In this document: piece after piece, positions 16,513 to 24,886 of the stretch
Numbering within the stretch: the first letter of the stretch is position 1
How the letters are laid out: each line of letters starts with the position of its first letter
IMG/VR virus record: IMGVR_UViG_3300037400_003843
Location: 1-64,000 of that record
DNA length: 64,000 nucleotides
Strand: one strand, 5' to 3'
Source: a virus
Taxonomy: Duplodnaviria > Caudoviricetes
Made by a program: the position numbers and the translations under genes
Notes under the pieces: model-generated
What the model saw: the letters and a program-made list of their open reading frames with translations, nothing else
What the model was told of the DNA's origin: nothing
Database searches by the model: none

Positions 16513-17985
16513 TTAGATTGTCCTCCTGTCTAAAAATCTGTACGATGCCGCCTCCGCTATATGCACCGTCCTCACTGACTCCGCACCCTCAAGGTCGGCT
16601 ATCGTCATCGCTATCTTCAGCATCCGGCTCCATGCCCTCGCTGAAAGTCCGAGCCTCTCCACTATCGTCTCCGCGAACTGCAGCACCTCGTTGTTAGTCG
16701 GCACATACTCCGCCAACTCCTGGGCGCTCAGTTCGTCATTGAGCTTGCCCTGCCTTGCAATCTGGCGCTCCCGAGCCTTCCGCACTCGCTCCGCCACGAC
16801 CGCAGCAGGCTCGCCTGCCGTACCGCTCACGTCCGGATGCACCCAGAGCTGCACAGTCAGCCTGTCGAAGACCGGCCCCGACATCCTTGACAGATACGCC
16901 ACCCTCTGCCCGGTTGTGCAGGTACAGCGGTCGCCCTCTCCATAGTACCCGCATGGGCAGGGATTCGTCCCCACCACCAGCTGGAACCTTGCAGGATACT
17001 CGACCTTGCTCTTCAACCGGCTGATTACGACCTTGCCGTCCTCCAGCGGACCTCTCAAGGCCTCATACTTCACCTTCGGATACTCGGCGAACTCGTCGAG
17101 GTACAGCACCCCGTTGTGGGCCAGACTGACCTCGCCCGGCTTGATGCCTTCCCCCCAGCCACCTCCAAGCAGCGCTGCCATGCTCGCCGAAGCGTGCGGC
17201 GCTCTGAACGGCCTCTGTCGCTGCTCGTACTTGCCGGCCACTGAATAAATCTTCGCGACCTCCATCGCCTCCTCTTTCGTCATCGGTGGCAGAATGTCCA
17301 ACATCGCTTTCGCCAGAGCAGTCCTGCCGCTCCCCGGCGCTCCCATCATAAAGACGGGATGGCCGCCTGCAGCAGCAATCTCCAAGGCTCGCTTCGACCC
17401 GTTCTGGCCCGTAATCCTGTCCCACCAGCCCTCGGGCGCCGGCTGCTCGTCCACATCGCCCGGAACCCTCGCACATGTCAGCGTATTGACCACTGCAATC
17501 GCCTCGTCCAGATGGTTCACATAGTACACCGGCTTATAGTCGTCGAACAGTCCTTCGACCTCTGCCGCATTCGCCCTCGGTACGATAACCCCGTAGCCCT
17601 GGTCCTTCGCCGCCTGCACTGCCTGCACCACGCCCGGCACCTCTCGGATATGTCCGTCCAGAGCCAGTTCGCCCAGGACAACAAAACTCTCGAGGAAATC
17701 CGCAGAAGACTGCCCGCTCTCCGCAATCATGCTCAGCGCTATGGCCAGATCGTACCAGCTGCCCTCCTTGGTCAGGTCGGCCGGAGCAAGGTTGATAACG
17801 ATTTTCTTGCCAGGAATACGATATCCGCAAGCCTGCATCGCCGTTACTGTCCGCAGCAGCGAGCACTTCACCGCCTCGTCGGCCAGTCCAACCAGGTGGA
17901 TGCCGATACCCGGAGTCACTTCGCATTCTACTTTCACAGGCACGTAGTCCACGCCCTGCAACTTAATGGTGTTTGTCGTTCTCAT
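16513..17985 (-). CDS. comM: ComM/YifB Mg-chelatase-like AAA+ ATPase
   Basis: VGLADEAVK, INLAPADL, GELALDG, GAPGSGRT, RPFRAPH, PGEVSLAHNGVLYLDEF, NPCPCGY, LSARAW. Confidence 0.92.
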   Translation of the reverse strand: MRTTNTIKLQGVDYVPVKVECEVTPGIGIHLVGLADEAVKCSLLRTVTAMQACGYRIPGKKIVINLAPADLTKEGSWYDLAIALSMIAESGQSSADFLESFVVLGELALDGHIREVPGVVQAVQAAKDQGYGVIVPRANAAEVEGLFDDYKPVYYVNHLDEAIAVVNTLTCARVPGDVDEQPAPEGWWDRITGQNGSKRALEIAAAGGHPVFMMGAPGSGRTALAKAMLDILPPMTKEEAMEVAKIYSVAGKYEQRQRPFRAPHASASMAALLGGGWGEGIKPGEVSLAHNGVLYLDEFAEYPKVKYEALRGPLEDGKVVISRLKSKVEYPARFQLVVGTNPCPCGYYGEGDRCTCTTGQRVAYLSRMSGPVFDRLTVQLWVHPDVSGTAGEPAAVVAERVRKARERQIARQGKLNDELSAQELAEYVPTNNEVLQFAETIVERLGLSARAWSRMLKIAMTIADLEGAESVRTVHIAEAASYRFLDRRTI

Positions 17986-17989
17986 AATG

Positions 17990-18427
17990 TTAGTCCTTTA
18001 TTTTTTCTTCTGTTGCGAAACTGAAATGTTCGTCCGTTCCGATAACCACATGGTCCAGAAGGTCGATGTCAAAAAGGCGCAGGGCCTTCCTGACCGAATC
18101 GGTCTCTGCGATGTCAGCCTGACTCGGTAGGCAACTTCCGCTCGGGTGATTATGCACCAGGATCACCGCATCGGCCAACTGGTCAATCGCTACCTTTGCA
18201 ACCTCCTTCGCGTCGAATCCGGTTGCCTTCGTGCTGCCCACACTGAGGCAGTAGTGGCCGGTTATTTTCCCTCCGTGCAACACCAGCACCCACGCCATCT
18301 CCTTCCACATCTCCTCACGACTCTGGCAGTTCTTCACTACATAATTGACCACGTCCGTTGCGGTCAGCACCTTTACAGGCTCCGCGCTATCGTGCAGTTC
18401 TCGCCTGATTACTACATACTCGTACAT
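17990..18427 (-). CDS. radC: RadC-like JAB domain protein
   Basis: KEMAW, VILVHNHPSGSCLPSQAD, LLDHVVIG. Confidence 0.9.
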   Translation of the reverse strand: MYEYVVIRRELHDSAEPVKVLTATDVVNYVVKNCQSREEMWKEMAWVLVLHGGKITGHYCLSVGSTKATGFDAKEVAKVAIDQLADAVILVHNHPSGSCLPSQADIAETDSVRKALRLFDIDLLDHVVIGTDEHFSFATEEKIKD

Positions 18428-18540
18428 TTTGCTTTACTTTTTATTCGTTGTCCTTACGCCTCAATCACTTTCCGTTCACTACTCATCAGATTCGGCCCAG
18501 GAATTCACAATCCCCACGACCGCAAACAATACCAGCCAAA

Positions 18541-18723
18541 TCATAGCTCGCCCTCCATGTCCTTAAAAGCCTGATCCTCCGCGCCCTCCAACTCGCTCAA
18601 GTCGTACGATACCTCGATGCCCCTCGTCATCTGCACGGCCACATAGTCCAGGATGGCCAGTTCGGCAATGATGATGCCGGTCGCTACCGCCTTAGCAGTG
18701 CTCTTCGCTTTTTGCTTGTTCAT
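18541..18723 (-). CDS. Small membrane protein
   Basis: 60 aa, one hydrophobic segment. Confidence 0.55.
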   Translation of the reverse strand: MNKQKAKSTAKAVATGIIIAELAILDYVAVQMTRGIEVSYDLSELEGAEDQAFKDMEGEL

Positions 18724-18726
18724 GTC

Positions 18727-18864
18727 TTACTTGCTTTTTTCTATGAAACAATACCTTCCGCCACGCTCGTGTCGCTTCACTATTTCTCTCGCTTTTCGCT
18801 CGCTCGGCTGGTCCAGGCCCACCTGAATCTTCCGGCCCTTGTTCATCGTATATACTCGCCACAT
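18727..18864 (-). CDS. 45 aa hypothetical protein
   Basis: Hand-translated MWRVYTMNKGRKIQVGLDQPSERKAREIVKRHERGGRYCFIEKSK; fills the gap. Confidence 0.45.
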   Translation of the reverse strand: MWRVYTMNKGRKIQVGLDQPSERKAREIVKRHERGGRYCFIEKSK

Positions 18865-18866
18865 AA

Positions 18867-19166
18867 CTATATCTCAAACATGTCCACGATCATTTGCTCA
18901 AACTGCTCCCAGGTCTTCACCGCTCTCCGGTTGAATTCGGCCAAAATCTGGTCGGTCCGCCAACGCTGCTCACAGGCATAATATTCAGCCGGATAGGTCA
19001 CGACCAGCTCGCGCACCTCGTCCGTCTCCCAGTTGAAATCTGCATCGCAGAAATTCTCCCACATCCCAATCTTACGCTTCCGAACCTCGGCATGGAATCG
19101 CTTGCCGTACTTTTCGGCAATCTCGTTCACGGCCTTCGCAAAGACCTTACTAACTTTTACTTTCAT
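18867..19166 (-). CDS. Hypothetical protein
   Basis: 99 aa; VVTYPAEYYACE. Confidence 0.75.
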   Translation of the reverse strand: MKVKVSKVFAKAVNEIAEKYGKRFHAEVRKRKIGMWENFCDADFNWETDEVRELVVTYPAEYYACEQRWRTDQILAEFNRRAVKTWEQFEQMIVDMFEI

Positions 19167-19181
19167 TGTTCGCTTTACTTT

Positions 19182-19370
19182 TTATTGTTGTCCTTGCCCC
19201 ACAATCGAATCTATAACTTTCTTCATTTGTTCAACAGTCCTTGTCACCACATCATCGAAAATATACACCTTGTTACCCTTCTCCTTCCCGAGGGTGTAGC
19301 CAATAAGCTCGCCGTAAAATGTATAATTGGCCATTATCAAATAGCCATTGTATTCAATTGGTTTTTCCAT
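19182..19370 (-). CDS. Hypothetical protein
   Basis: 62 aa, AT-rich spacer upstream. Confidence 0.65.
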   Translation of the reverse strand: MEKPIEYNGYLIMANYTFYGELIGYTLGKEKGNKVYIFDDVVTRTVEQMKKVIDSIVGQGQQ

Positions 19371-19380
19371 AGTTGTCCTC

Positions 19381-19593
19381 CTATATATTTGCTATTACTG
19401 CTAGTCCTATCTTATCCTGTTCGTCCCGGAAATAGATGGCCGTTACATTCGGCTTGCTGTCTTCCTTGACTATTCGGTAACGCCGTTCAATTAAGAATCG
19501 GTTACGCTCTACGATTTTGTCGTATTCCGGCTCGGTGAATACATACATATCACATTCGCCGTCAGGCGTTCTGGTAGATACTATTGCACCCAT
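19381..19593 (-). CDS. Hypothetical protein
   Basis: 70 aa, operon context. Confidence 0.6.
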   Translation of the reverse strand: MGAIVSTRTPDGECDMYVFTEPEYDKIVERNRFLIERRYRIVKEDSKPNVTAIYFRDEQDKIGLAVIANI

Positions 19594-19605
19594 CGCTCAG
19601 TCCTC

Positions 19606-19914
19606 CTATAATTCTGCCAGTTCTCTACGCATCTTATCCGCGTTAACTGCACGGAAATAGTTGTCCACGGCTCGCTTGGCCTCTCTCAGTCCGAGTAATC
19701 CAGTGTAACCCAGGCCGGCGATCGTCCAGGTATAGCCGTGATTGTTGGTCACTAAACCATAGCCACGGTAAACGATTCGCTGGTCCTTCGGGAACCGCTC
19801 GGCATACCAAGCCATCCGCTCGGCCTTCTGCTGTTCTTCGTGCCTCTTCAGGCGGGCACAATACGCCTCGTTGATTCGGTCAGCGTTGCGCTGCTTATTT
19901 TCCCAGTAACTCAT
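19606..19914 (-). CDS. Hypothetical protein
   Basis: 102 aa, operon context. Confidence 0.7.
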   Translation of the reverse strand: MSYWENKQRNADRINEAYCARLKRHEEQQKAERMAWYAERFPKDQRIVYRGYGLVTNNHGYTWTIAGLGYTGLLGLREAKRAVDNYFRAVNADKMRRELAEL

Positions 19915-19956
19915 ATCGTTCGGCCCTCCTTCGGCCGGTTCATTAAGTTATACAAT

Positions 19957-19991
19957 TAGTGCCGGCAGTGGGAGTCGAACCCACCCCGGCA
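19957..19991 (-). other. tRNA 3'-half / minihelix-like element
   Basis: Minus strand tgccggg GTGGG TTCGACT CCCAC tgccggc a cta. Confidence 0.5.
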
Positions 19992-20878
19992 GTCCTGTTC
20001 ACGCGCTCACTTGCTTTGCACTCACACGCCAGTCGTGTAAGCTGAGCTTACTGCACTCGCTCACGCATTAAACATTTGTTCGGTATCACGCCGTTCCCCG
20101 CGGTTAATTTCTCAAATGGGTATTCCAACGGCTCACGCCATGGGCAACCCCAGTGGCCTCACTCACTTCATGTTACTGTCCTTCGCATATACTCGTTTCG
20201 TTCGGCCCTTGTTCGGTTTTTCTCGCTCACTCAGCCCGGCGCACATGATGTCACGACCTCCCAAACTGGGATCATGTACCGCTCCCACGCTGCAAACACT
20301 GCAACGCCCTGACCCGCGCACCAAATGCGCCGACGGCCGGGACCCATCCGGGCTGCTCCCCTTATCCCGGTGCCTGTTCGGGCACAGTATGGCCGGGCCC
20401 TTGTTCGGGCCCATTTCGGGGGCTGTTCGGTGCCACCGTTCAGGCATGGCTTACGCTAACCGCCTGAGCCTTGCGGCTCCCGGTCCGGGCCCCCTTGCCT
20501 GGGGCCGTTGGCATAAACCACGCCCGCCGCCCGGGCTCCCTTACGGGCTCCCATGGGGCGGCCATGCCGGGCGGCTTGGCGGCTTATCAATGTACTAACA
20601 ATAGGGCGGGCCCCGGCTAACTTGGCCGGGCTCCCATGGCGGGCGGGCTCCCTTACGGGCCCGGGGGCCTCCGCCTTGGGCGGGGCTCCCTTGCCTGGCT
20701 TATAGGCCGCCATTGCGGCCTTGCGGGCTTGGGCTTGGGCCGCCAATTGCGGCCCCGGGGGCGGGCTCCCATTGGGGGCCCTATTTCAGTACTAACAATG
20801 AACTAATAGGGCGGGCCGGGGTAACGCTCCCCGGGGGCCTTGCGGCCCGTCTAAACTCCCGCCAATGGCCGGGGGATT

Positions 20879-21940
20879 TTAGGCATCCGCCAGCATGGCA
20901 ACCTTGCGGGCCTTGGCCTCCGCGGCTGCCGTTGCCTTGGCCTCCCTTTCATTGGCCCCGGACAACTCCCGCCCGGCCTCAACTCCGGCGGCAATTGTGG
21001 CCTCAACTTGGGCCATGGCCTCCCGGGCCGCCTTGGCGGCCTCCGGCTTGGCCTTGGGAGCCTTGGGCCCCTTGGGGGCCTTGCCCTTGCCTCCCTTTGG
21101 AGCCCTGGCGGGCTTGGCCTCCGGCTTGGCCTTGGGAGCCTCCCCGGACACAATGGCCATGGCCTCCATTCCTTGGGCTAAAAGGGCCAATTTGTGGGCC
21201 TCTGCATTATAGGCCGTTAAGGTCGTAAGCCCTGCAGAATTGCCCCTCATATATGCGGCCAACGCCTCCCCTGTTATGGCCTCCCCCTTGGCGATTGTGC
21301 CAATTTTGGCCCCCGGTTTCACATTATAGGCCGCCACAATGGCCCCCTTGCGCTCCGCCTTGGCCGGGGATTTGTAAGCCTTGCCGCCATTATTGGCGGA
21401 TTTGAGGGCGGCCGCCATTTTCCCCAAACAAGTGTCCACAATGGCCCGGGCGTGGCGGCCATCAATGGGCCGTATTTCGTAGGCCTCTACAATAGTGGCC
21501 GCGGCCTCCCCGGTTACATATGCAACCTTAACAGCCGGGGCCCCCTCAATAACATGGGGATATGTGGCCGCAATGAATTGGGCCGGGGTTTCATACTTGG
21601 CCGCCGCCATGTTTGCCAATTTGGCGAAATGGCCCCCTTTGCGGGCGGCCCGCCAGGCCTCCGCAATTGCGGGCTCCCATTCCCGGACCCCGGCCCGGGC
21701 CATGGCCGCCTCCGCCTCAATTTCAGACTTGCGGGCGGCCTTGATTTCGGAATCTATCATTTTCCAATTTTCGGCCCCATACTTGGCCCGGAGTTCCGCC
21801 CCATGGGCTTTTATGCCCTGGCGGCTTTTGTACTTGCGGAGTAACGCGGCGGCAATGGTAGCGGCCCCGGCCTTATCAATACTTACGAAATTTCCCTTTG
21901 CGCCCTTGGCGGCTTTGGTGGTGGTGGTGTTAGTTTCCAT
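20879..21940 (-). CDS. Ala/Lys-rich protein, first gene of the minus-strand arm
   Basis: 353 aa ORF with TATCTTTG promoter at 21984-21991; KAPKG/KAKPE repeats. Confidence 0.8.
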   Translation of the reverse strand: METNTTTTKAAKGAKGNFVSIDKAGAATIAAALLRKYKSRQGIKAHGAELRAKYGAENWKMIDSEIKAARKSEIEAEAAMARAGVREWEPAIAEAWRAARKGGHFAKLANMAAAKYETPAQFIAATYPHVIEGAPAVKVAYVTGEAAATIVEAYEIRPIDGRHARAIVDTCLGKMAAALKSANNGGKAYKSPAKAERKGAIVAAYNVKPGAKIGTIAKGEAITGEALAAYMRGNSAGLTTLTAYNAEAHKLALLAQGMEAMAIVSGEAPKAKPEAKPARAPKGGKGKAPKGPKAPKAKPEAAKAAREAMAQVEATIAAGVEAGRELSGANEREAKATAAAEAKARKVAMLADA

Positions 21941-21983
21941 AATAAAAATATTTAAAAATTAATAAAGTGTACATTTCTAAATG

Positions 21984-21991
21984 CAAAGATA
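21984..21991 (-). promoter_or_regulatory. Bacteroidetes -7 promoter element TATCTTTG
   Basis: caaagata on the + strand, about 44 nt upstream of the ATG at 21940. Confidence 0.7.
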
Positions 21992-22001
21992 GTAATAAAT
22001 T

Positions 22002-22124
22002 TTGATACTATATAGATTTTAGGCCGACTCATCAAAATAGTATCAATATTAGTTAAATTTCTACTACTTTTATTGTATCTCGATATCCAAACCGGAAAAA
22101 CGCACTAATAAATGATACTATTTT
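22002..22124. repeat. Three copies of TGATACTAT (one inverted pair plus one), operator-like
   Basis: ttgatactat 22002-11, atagtatcaa 22037-46, tgatactatttt 22113-24. Confidence 0.55.
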
Positions 22125-22476
22125 ATCATACCTATATAATACGCGAGAACCAAAACCACCAGCGAATAAAATCTAATTATAGCAGTTTAACACCAGGCAC
22201 GCCCAGGAACACCCAGGGCACATTTTGCTAAAACGCTATAAATTTAGATGATTAAGCAGGGACGCAGCCAAAAAGTAACAAAAATGTTACAAAATCCCAT
22301 GCAGCTATCAGGCCTAAAATTCTAATTTGTTACGGCCACGAAACGAACAAAATGCAGCCGTAACGCATTAAGGGTTACAGGGTTAAACGACCACCCCAAC
22401 CCCGAACGCTGGGGTGCGTTTCTGAAATTTTTTTTTGCGCATTTTTTGTGGATACGGCTTTCGTGAGCGGCAAAAA

Positions 22477-22740
22477 TGTAGTTCGATGTAGCGCAAAAAC
22501 CCATAAGTGGTCTGCATTCACTCCGAACTACACCTTCTATATTATTATATATTATGTAGTTATGTAGTTTTATGTAGTTATGTAGTTAGGTATATAATAT
22601 ATTCTTTTATTTCAGAAATAGCCATTTTTCAAACATAATATAGGAAAACAACTACATTGAACTACACAACTACACAAAACGCCATTCTACGGGCCTCTAG
22701 GCAGTGTAGTTTTCATGTAGTTTTCTACACAGAACTACAT
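22477..22740. repeat. Iteron-like TGTAGTT/AACTACA array; putative replication origin
   Basis: About a dozen direct and inverted heptamer copies interleaved with AT-rich tracts. Confidence 0.7.
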
Positions 22741-22947
22741 AACCGCCCGAAAGACCCACTACCGTACCTGAAAAAAAAGAACCTATGCGTGTACCTGGTA
22801 TGGTTATGGGTTCTTTTTTCGGTAGGTAAGAATATGGTTCTTTAGCCCGGGATTGTTGGGAGTCAGGAAGGCGGGGTGGCTGGGAGTTTTAGTCCCGGTT
22901 TGGCACGGAACTTGAAGGGAGGGACGGTTTCAAAAAACGGTATTAGT

Positions 22948-23196
22948 ATGGTGAAAAAAGAGAAGCTGCATCTCGGCCAGTTGGTCCTGGTCGGAGCGAA
23001 AAGGGAGCCGGCAGTGATTGACGGCCTGACGCAGACCTTCGCGGGAGTGAGGCTCCAGAGCGGAGGTTACGAGTTTTGTGGGTATGATGATATCCAGAGC
23101 ATCGAGGATATGTGCCGCGATGAAGTTGAGAAATGGGTGAATGTGCTGGAGGAGGCATACGGTCTGAAGGGCCTGGAGGTGCCCGCCCATGTTTAA
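22948..23196 (+). CDS. Hypothetical protein
   Basis: Start trimmed to MVKKEKL; first gene of the + arm. Confidence 0.7.
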   Translation: MVKKEKLHLGQLVLVGAKREPAVIDGLTQTFAGVRLQSGGYEFCGYDDIQSIEDMCRDEVEKWVNVLEEAYGLKGLEVPAHV

Positions 23197-23647
23197 GCCG
23201 CCGAGACAGGTCCAGCGGAAGAGACTGGATGACCGGTATGAGGTAGGCAATGACGGGGTCGTGTATAGTGACGGGTGTGCGCTTGTTCCGATCAACGGGG
23301 TTGGAGTGAATATCCATGGTCGGAGGATGAAGATTGCGTATCTGGTCGCCAGGGCCTGGGTCGGCAATCAGGAGGGCAGGCCGTATGTGAGGCACATCAA
23401 CGGTGATGTGAAGGACAACCGGCCGGAGAACCTGGAGTGGTGCGAAGAGAAGGAGGTCACTCGGAAAGGAAGGAAGGCCGAGACCCGGTGGTGCTCGTGC
23501 TTTGACCTGGAAGGGAACAAGGTGGGAATGTACCGGTGCCCGAGTGACGGGGCCGTGGATAAGGGCGTTGATGTGCGTTTTGTCAGGAAGTGTCTGTCCG
23601 GAAGGCAGAAGACCGCCGGCGGTTATATGTGGAGGTGGGGATGTTGA
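23189..23647 (+). CDS. HNH-NUMOD1 endonuclease-like protein
   Basis: IAYLVARAW, VRHINGDVKDNRPENLEWC, QKTAGGYMWRW. Confidence 0.85.
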   Translation: MFKPPRQVQRKRLDDRYEVGNDGVVYSDGCALVPINGVGVNIHGRRMKIAYLVARAWVGNQEGRPYVRHINGDVKDNRPENLEWCEEKEVTRKGRKAETRWCSCFDLEGNKVGMYRCPSDGAVDKGVDVRFVRKCLSGRQKTAGGYMWRWGC

Positions 23648-23665
23648 TTTGTTGAGAAAAATCGC

Positions 23666-23673
23666 TATATTTG
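23666..23673 (+). promoter_or_regulatory. -7 promoter TATATTTG
   Basis: gctatatttgcg immediately upstream of the ATG at 23678. Confidence 0.65.
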
Positions 23674-23677
23674 CGCT

Positions 23678-23839
23678 ATGAGTTTCCAAGGAAAAACGAC
23701 GAAGGAGCTGGAGATAGAGCTCCTGAAGAAGATGGACGAGGTGTATCGCCTGAGAATGGAGATAGATCGTCGCAAGGGTGATGTGCCCCAGGGGAAGGTT
23801 GATGTTGATTTTGAAAAATATGTAAAAGATGGAGATTAA
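23678..23839 (+). CDS. 53 aa hypothetical protein
   Basis: Hand-translated MSFQGKTTKELEIELLKKMDEVYRLRMEIDRRK... Confidence 0.55.
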   Translation: MSFQGKTTKELEIELLKKMDEVYRLRMEIDRRKGDVPQGKVDVDFEKYVKDGD

Positions 23840-24227
23840 CGAGTATCAAGAGAAAGCAATGAGCACCAGGCTGCCGTCGAGCGATAATTTCTGCTATATG
23901 ATGTTCGGTCTGGTTGAGGAGATCGGAGAACTGGCTGGTAAGTTCAGCAAGGGCATCCGGAAGGGCGTCTGTAGTGTCGGCCTGGACGGCGAGCTGTGTG
24001 AGCAGCTGGACCAGGAGGATGTAACGGCCAATGATGTGTACTTCCTGTATGGTGCAGATGAGCAGCGCGAGGAAATCAAGAAGGAGCTCGGCGATGTGAT
24101 GTGGATGGTTGCCGGCCTGGCTGATGAGTTCGGATGGAGCCTGGAGGAGGTCTGTAGGGAGAACCTGCATAAGCTGGCCGACCGGGCCATGAGAGGGAAA
24201 ATAGACGGCGCAGGAGACAATCGGTAG
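23829..24227 (+). CDS. MazG-like NTP pyrophosphohydrolase
   Basis: INEYQEKA, GLVEEIGELAGK, KELGDVMWMVA, ENLHKLADR..RG. Confidence 0.9.
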   Translation: MEINEYQEKAMSTRLPSSDNFCYMMFGLVEEIGELAGKFSKGIRKGVCSVGLDGELCEQLDQEDVTANDVYFLYGADEQREEIKKELGDVMWMVAGLADEFGWSLEEVCRENLHKLADRAMRGKIDGAGDNR

Positions 24228-24273
24228 TTTCCGGCACGGTGTTTGTAGAGAGAAACGCTTAAAATTTAGCTAT

Positions 24274-24561
24274 ATGAAAATCGAGACAAAGTATGAAATC
24301 GGACAGGAGGTCTTCCTGTTCAACGCGGTCTCCCAGGAGATCGAGAAGGATGAAGTTTTTGCAGTCCTGTATTCGCCGGTTCCGGCCAATGACGAGCCCC
24401 TTAATGCTATGGAACCAGTTTCCAAGTCGCTGAAGAAAGGGAATGTGGCGCTTGATTACAGGTACCAGCTGCAGCACCACCAGGGCCTACTGGAGGAGAG
24501 GATTCTCTTCGGGTCCGAGGATGAGCTGAAGGAGTTCTTCCTGGAGTTCTTCAAGAAGTAG
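24274..24561 (+). CDS. Hypothetical protein
   Basis: MKIETKYEIGQEVF...FGSEDEL phage family pattern. Confidence 0.8.
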   Translation: MKIETKYEIGQEVFLFNAVSQEIEKDEVFAVLYSPVPANDEPLNAMEPVSKSLKKGNVALDYRYQLQHHQGLLEERILFGSEDELKEFFLEFFKK

Positions 24562-24572
24562 GTTTTTCTACT

Positions 24573-24757
24573 GGGGACTGATGCTGATGAAAAGGCGGAC
24601 CGTACCTCGGTCGGCATATTTGGTAGGGTTGCAATATGAGGCCGGCTGTGTCCCCATCTGTTGAGTAGGAATTTATCGGCCGGCCGCCGCTTGTTTGGGA
24701 AGCGGCCATGTCGGATGAAAGGGACAGCATCCGGGCTTAATGCAGCCCGAGCATTAA
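24573..24757 (+). ncRNA. Candidate structured ncRNA at the head of the tRNA cluster
   Basis: Several helices (ggggac/gtcccc, gatgctg/cagcatc, cggtcggc/gccggctg, ccgctt/aagcgg) and a 3' H-type pseudoknot. Confidence 0.45.
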
Positions 24758-24801
24758 CCAATTGCAGCCAGAGGTGACAAGCCGGGAAAGACCGGCAAAC
24801 T

Positions 24802-24886
24802 GCCCCGGTGGCGGAAGTGGTAGACGCAAATGGCTAAGGACCATTCACCGTAAGGCGTAGGAGTTCGAGTCTCCTCTGGGGCACCA
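24802..24886 (+). tRNA. tRNA-Leu(AAG), long variable arm, encoded CCA
   Basis: GCCCCGG/CTGGGGC acceptor, AATGG-CTAAGGA-CCATT anticodon arm, AGGAG-TTCGAGT-CTCCT, A73 CCA. Confidence 0.9.

Noticed and set aside
20456-20746. 96 aa Ala/Pro-rich ORF and other overlapping ORFs in 20076-21228
   Set aside because: Expected by chance in GC-rich, stop-poor low-complexity DNA; no convincing AT-rich start context
22477-22740. Possible CRISPR array
   Set aside because: The repeat unit is only 7 nt, in mixed orientation with irregular spacing; there are no 25-45 nt repeats with unique spacers and no cas genes
24577-24612. CTGATGA, a possible hammerhead ribozyme core
   Set aside because: The following short stem is not followed by GAAA, and no stem I/III with an NUH site could be built
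24573-24800. Possible tmRNA (GGGG start, pseudoknot)
   Set aside because: Too short; no 3' T-arm/acceptor with a G3:U70 pair and no tag ORF
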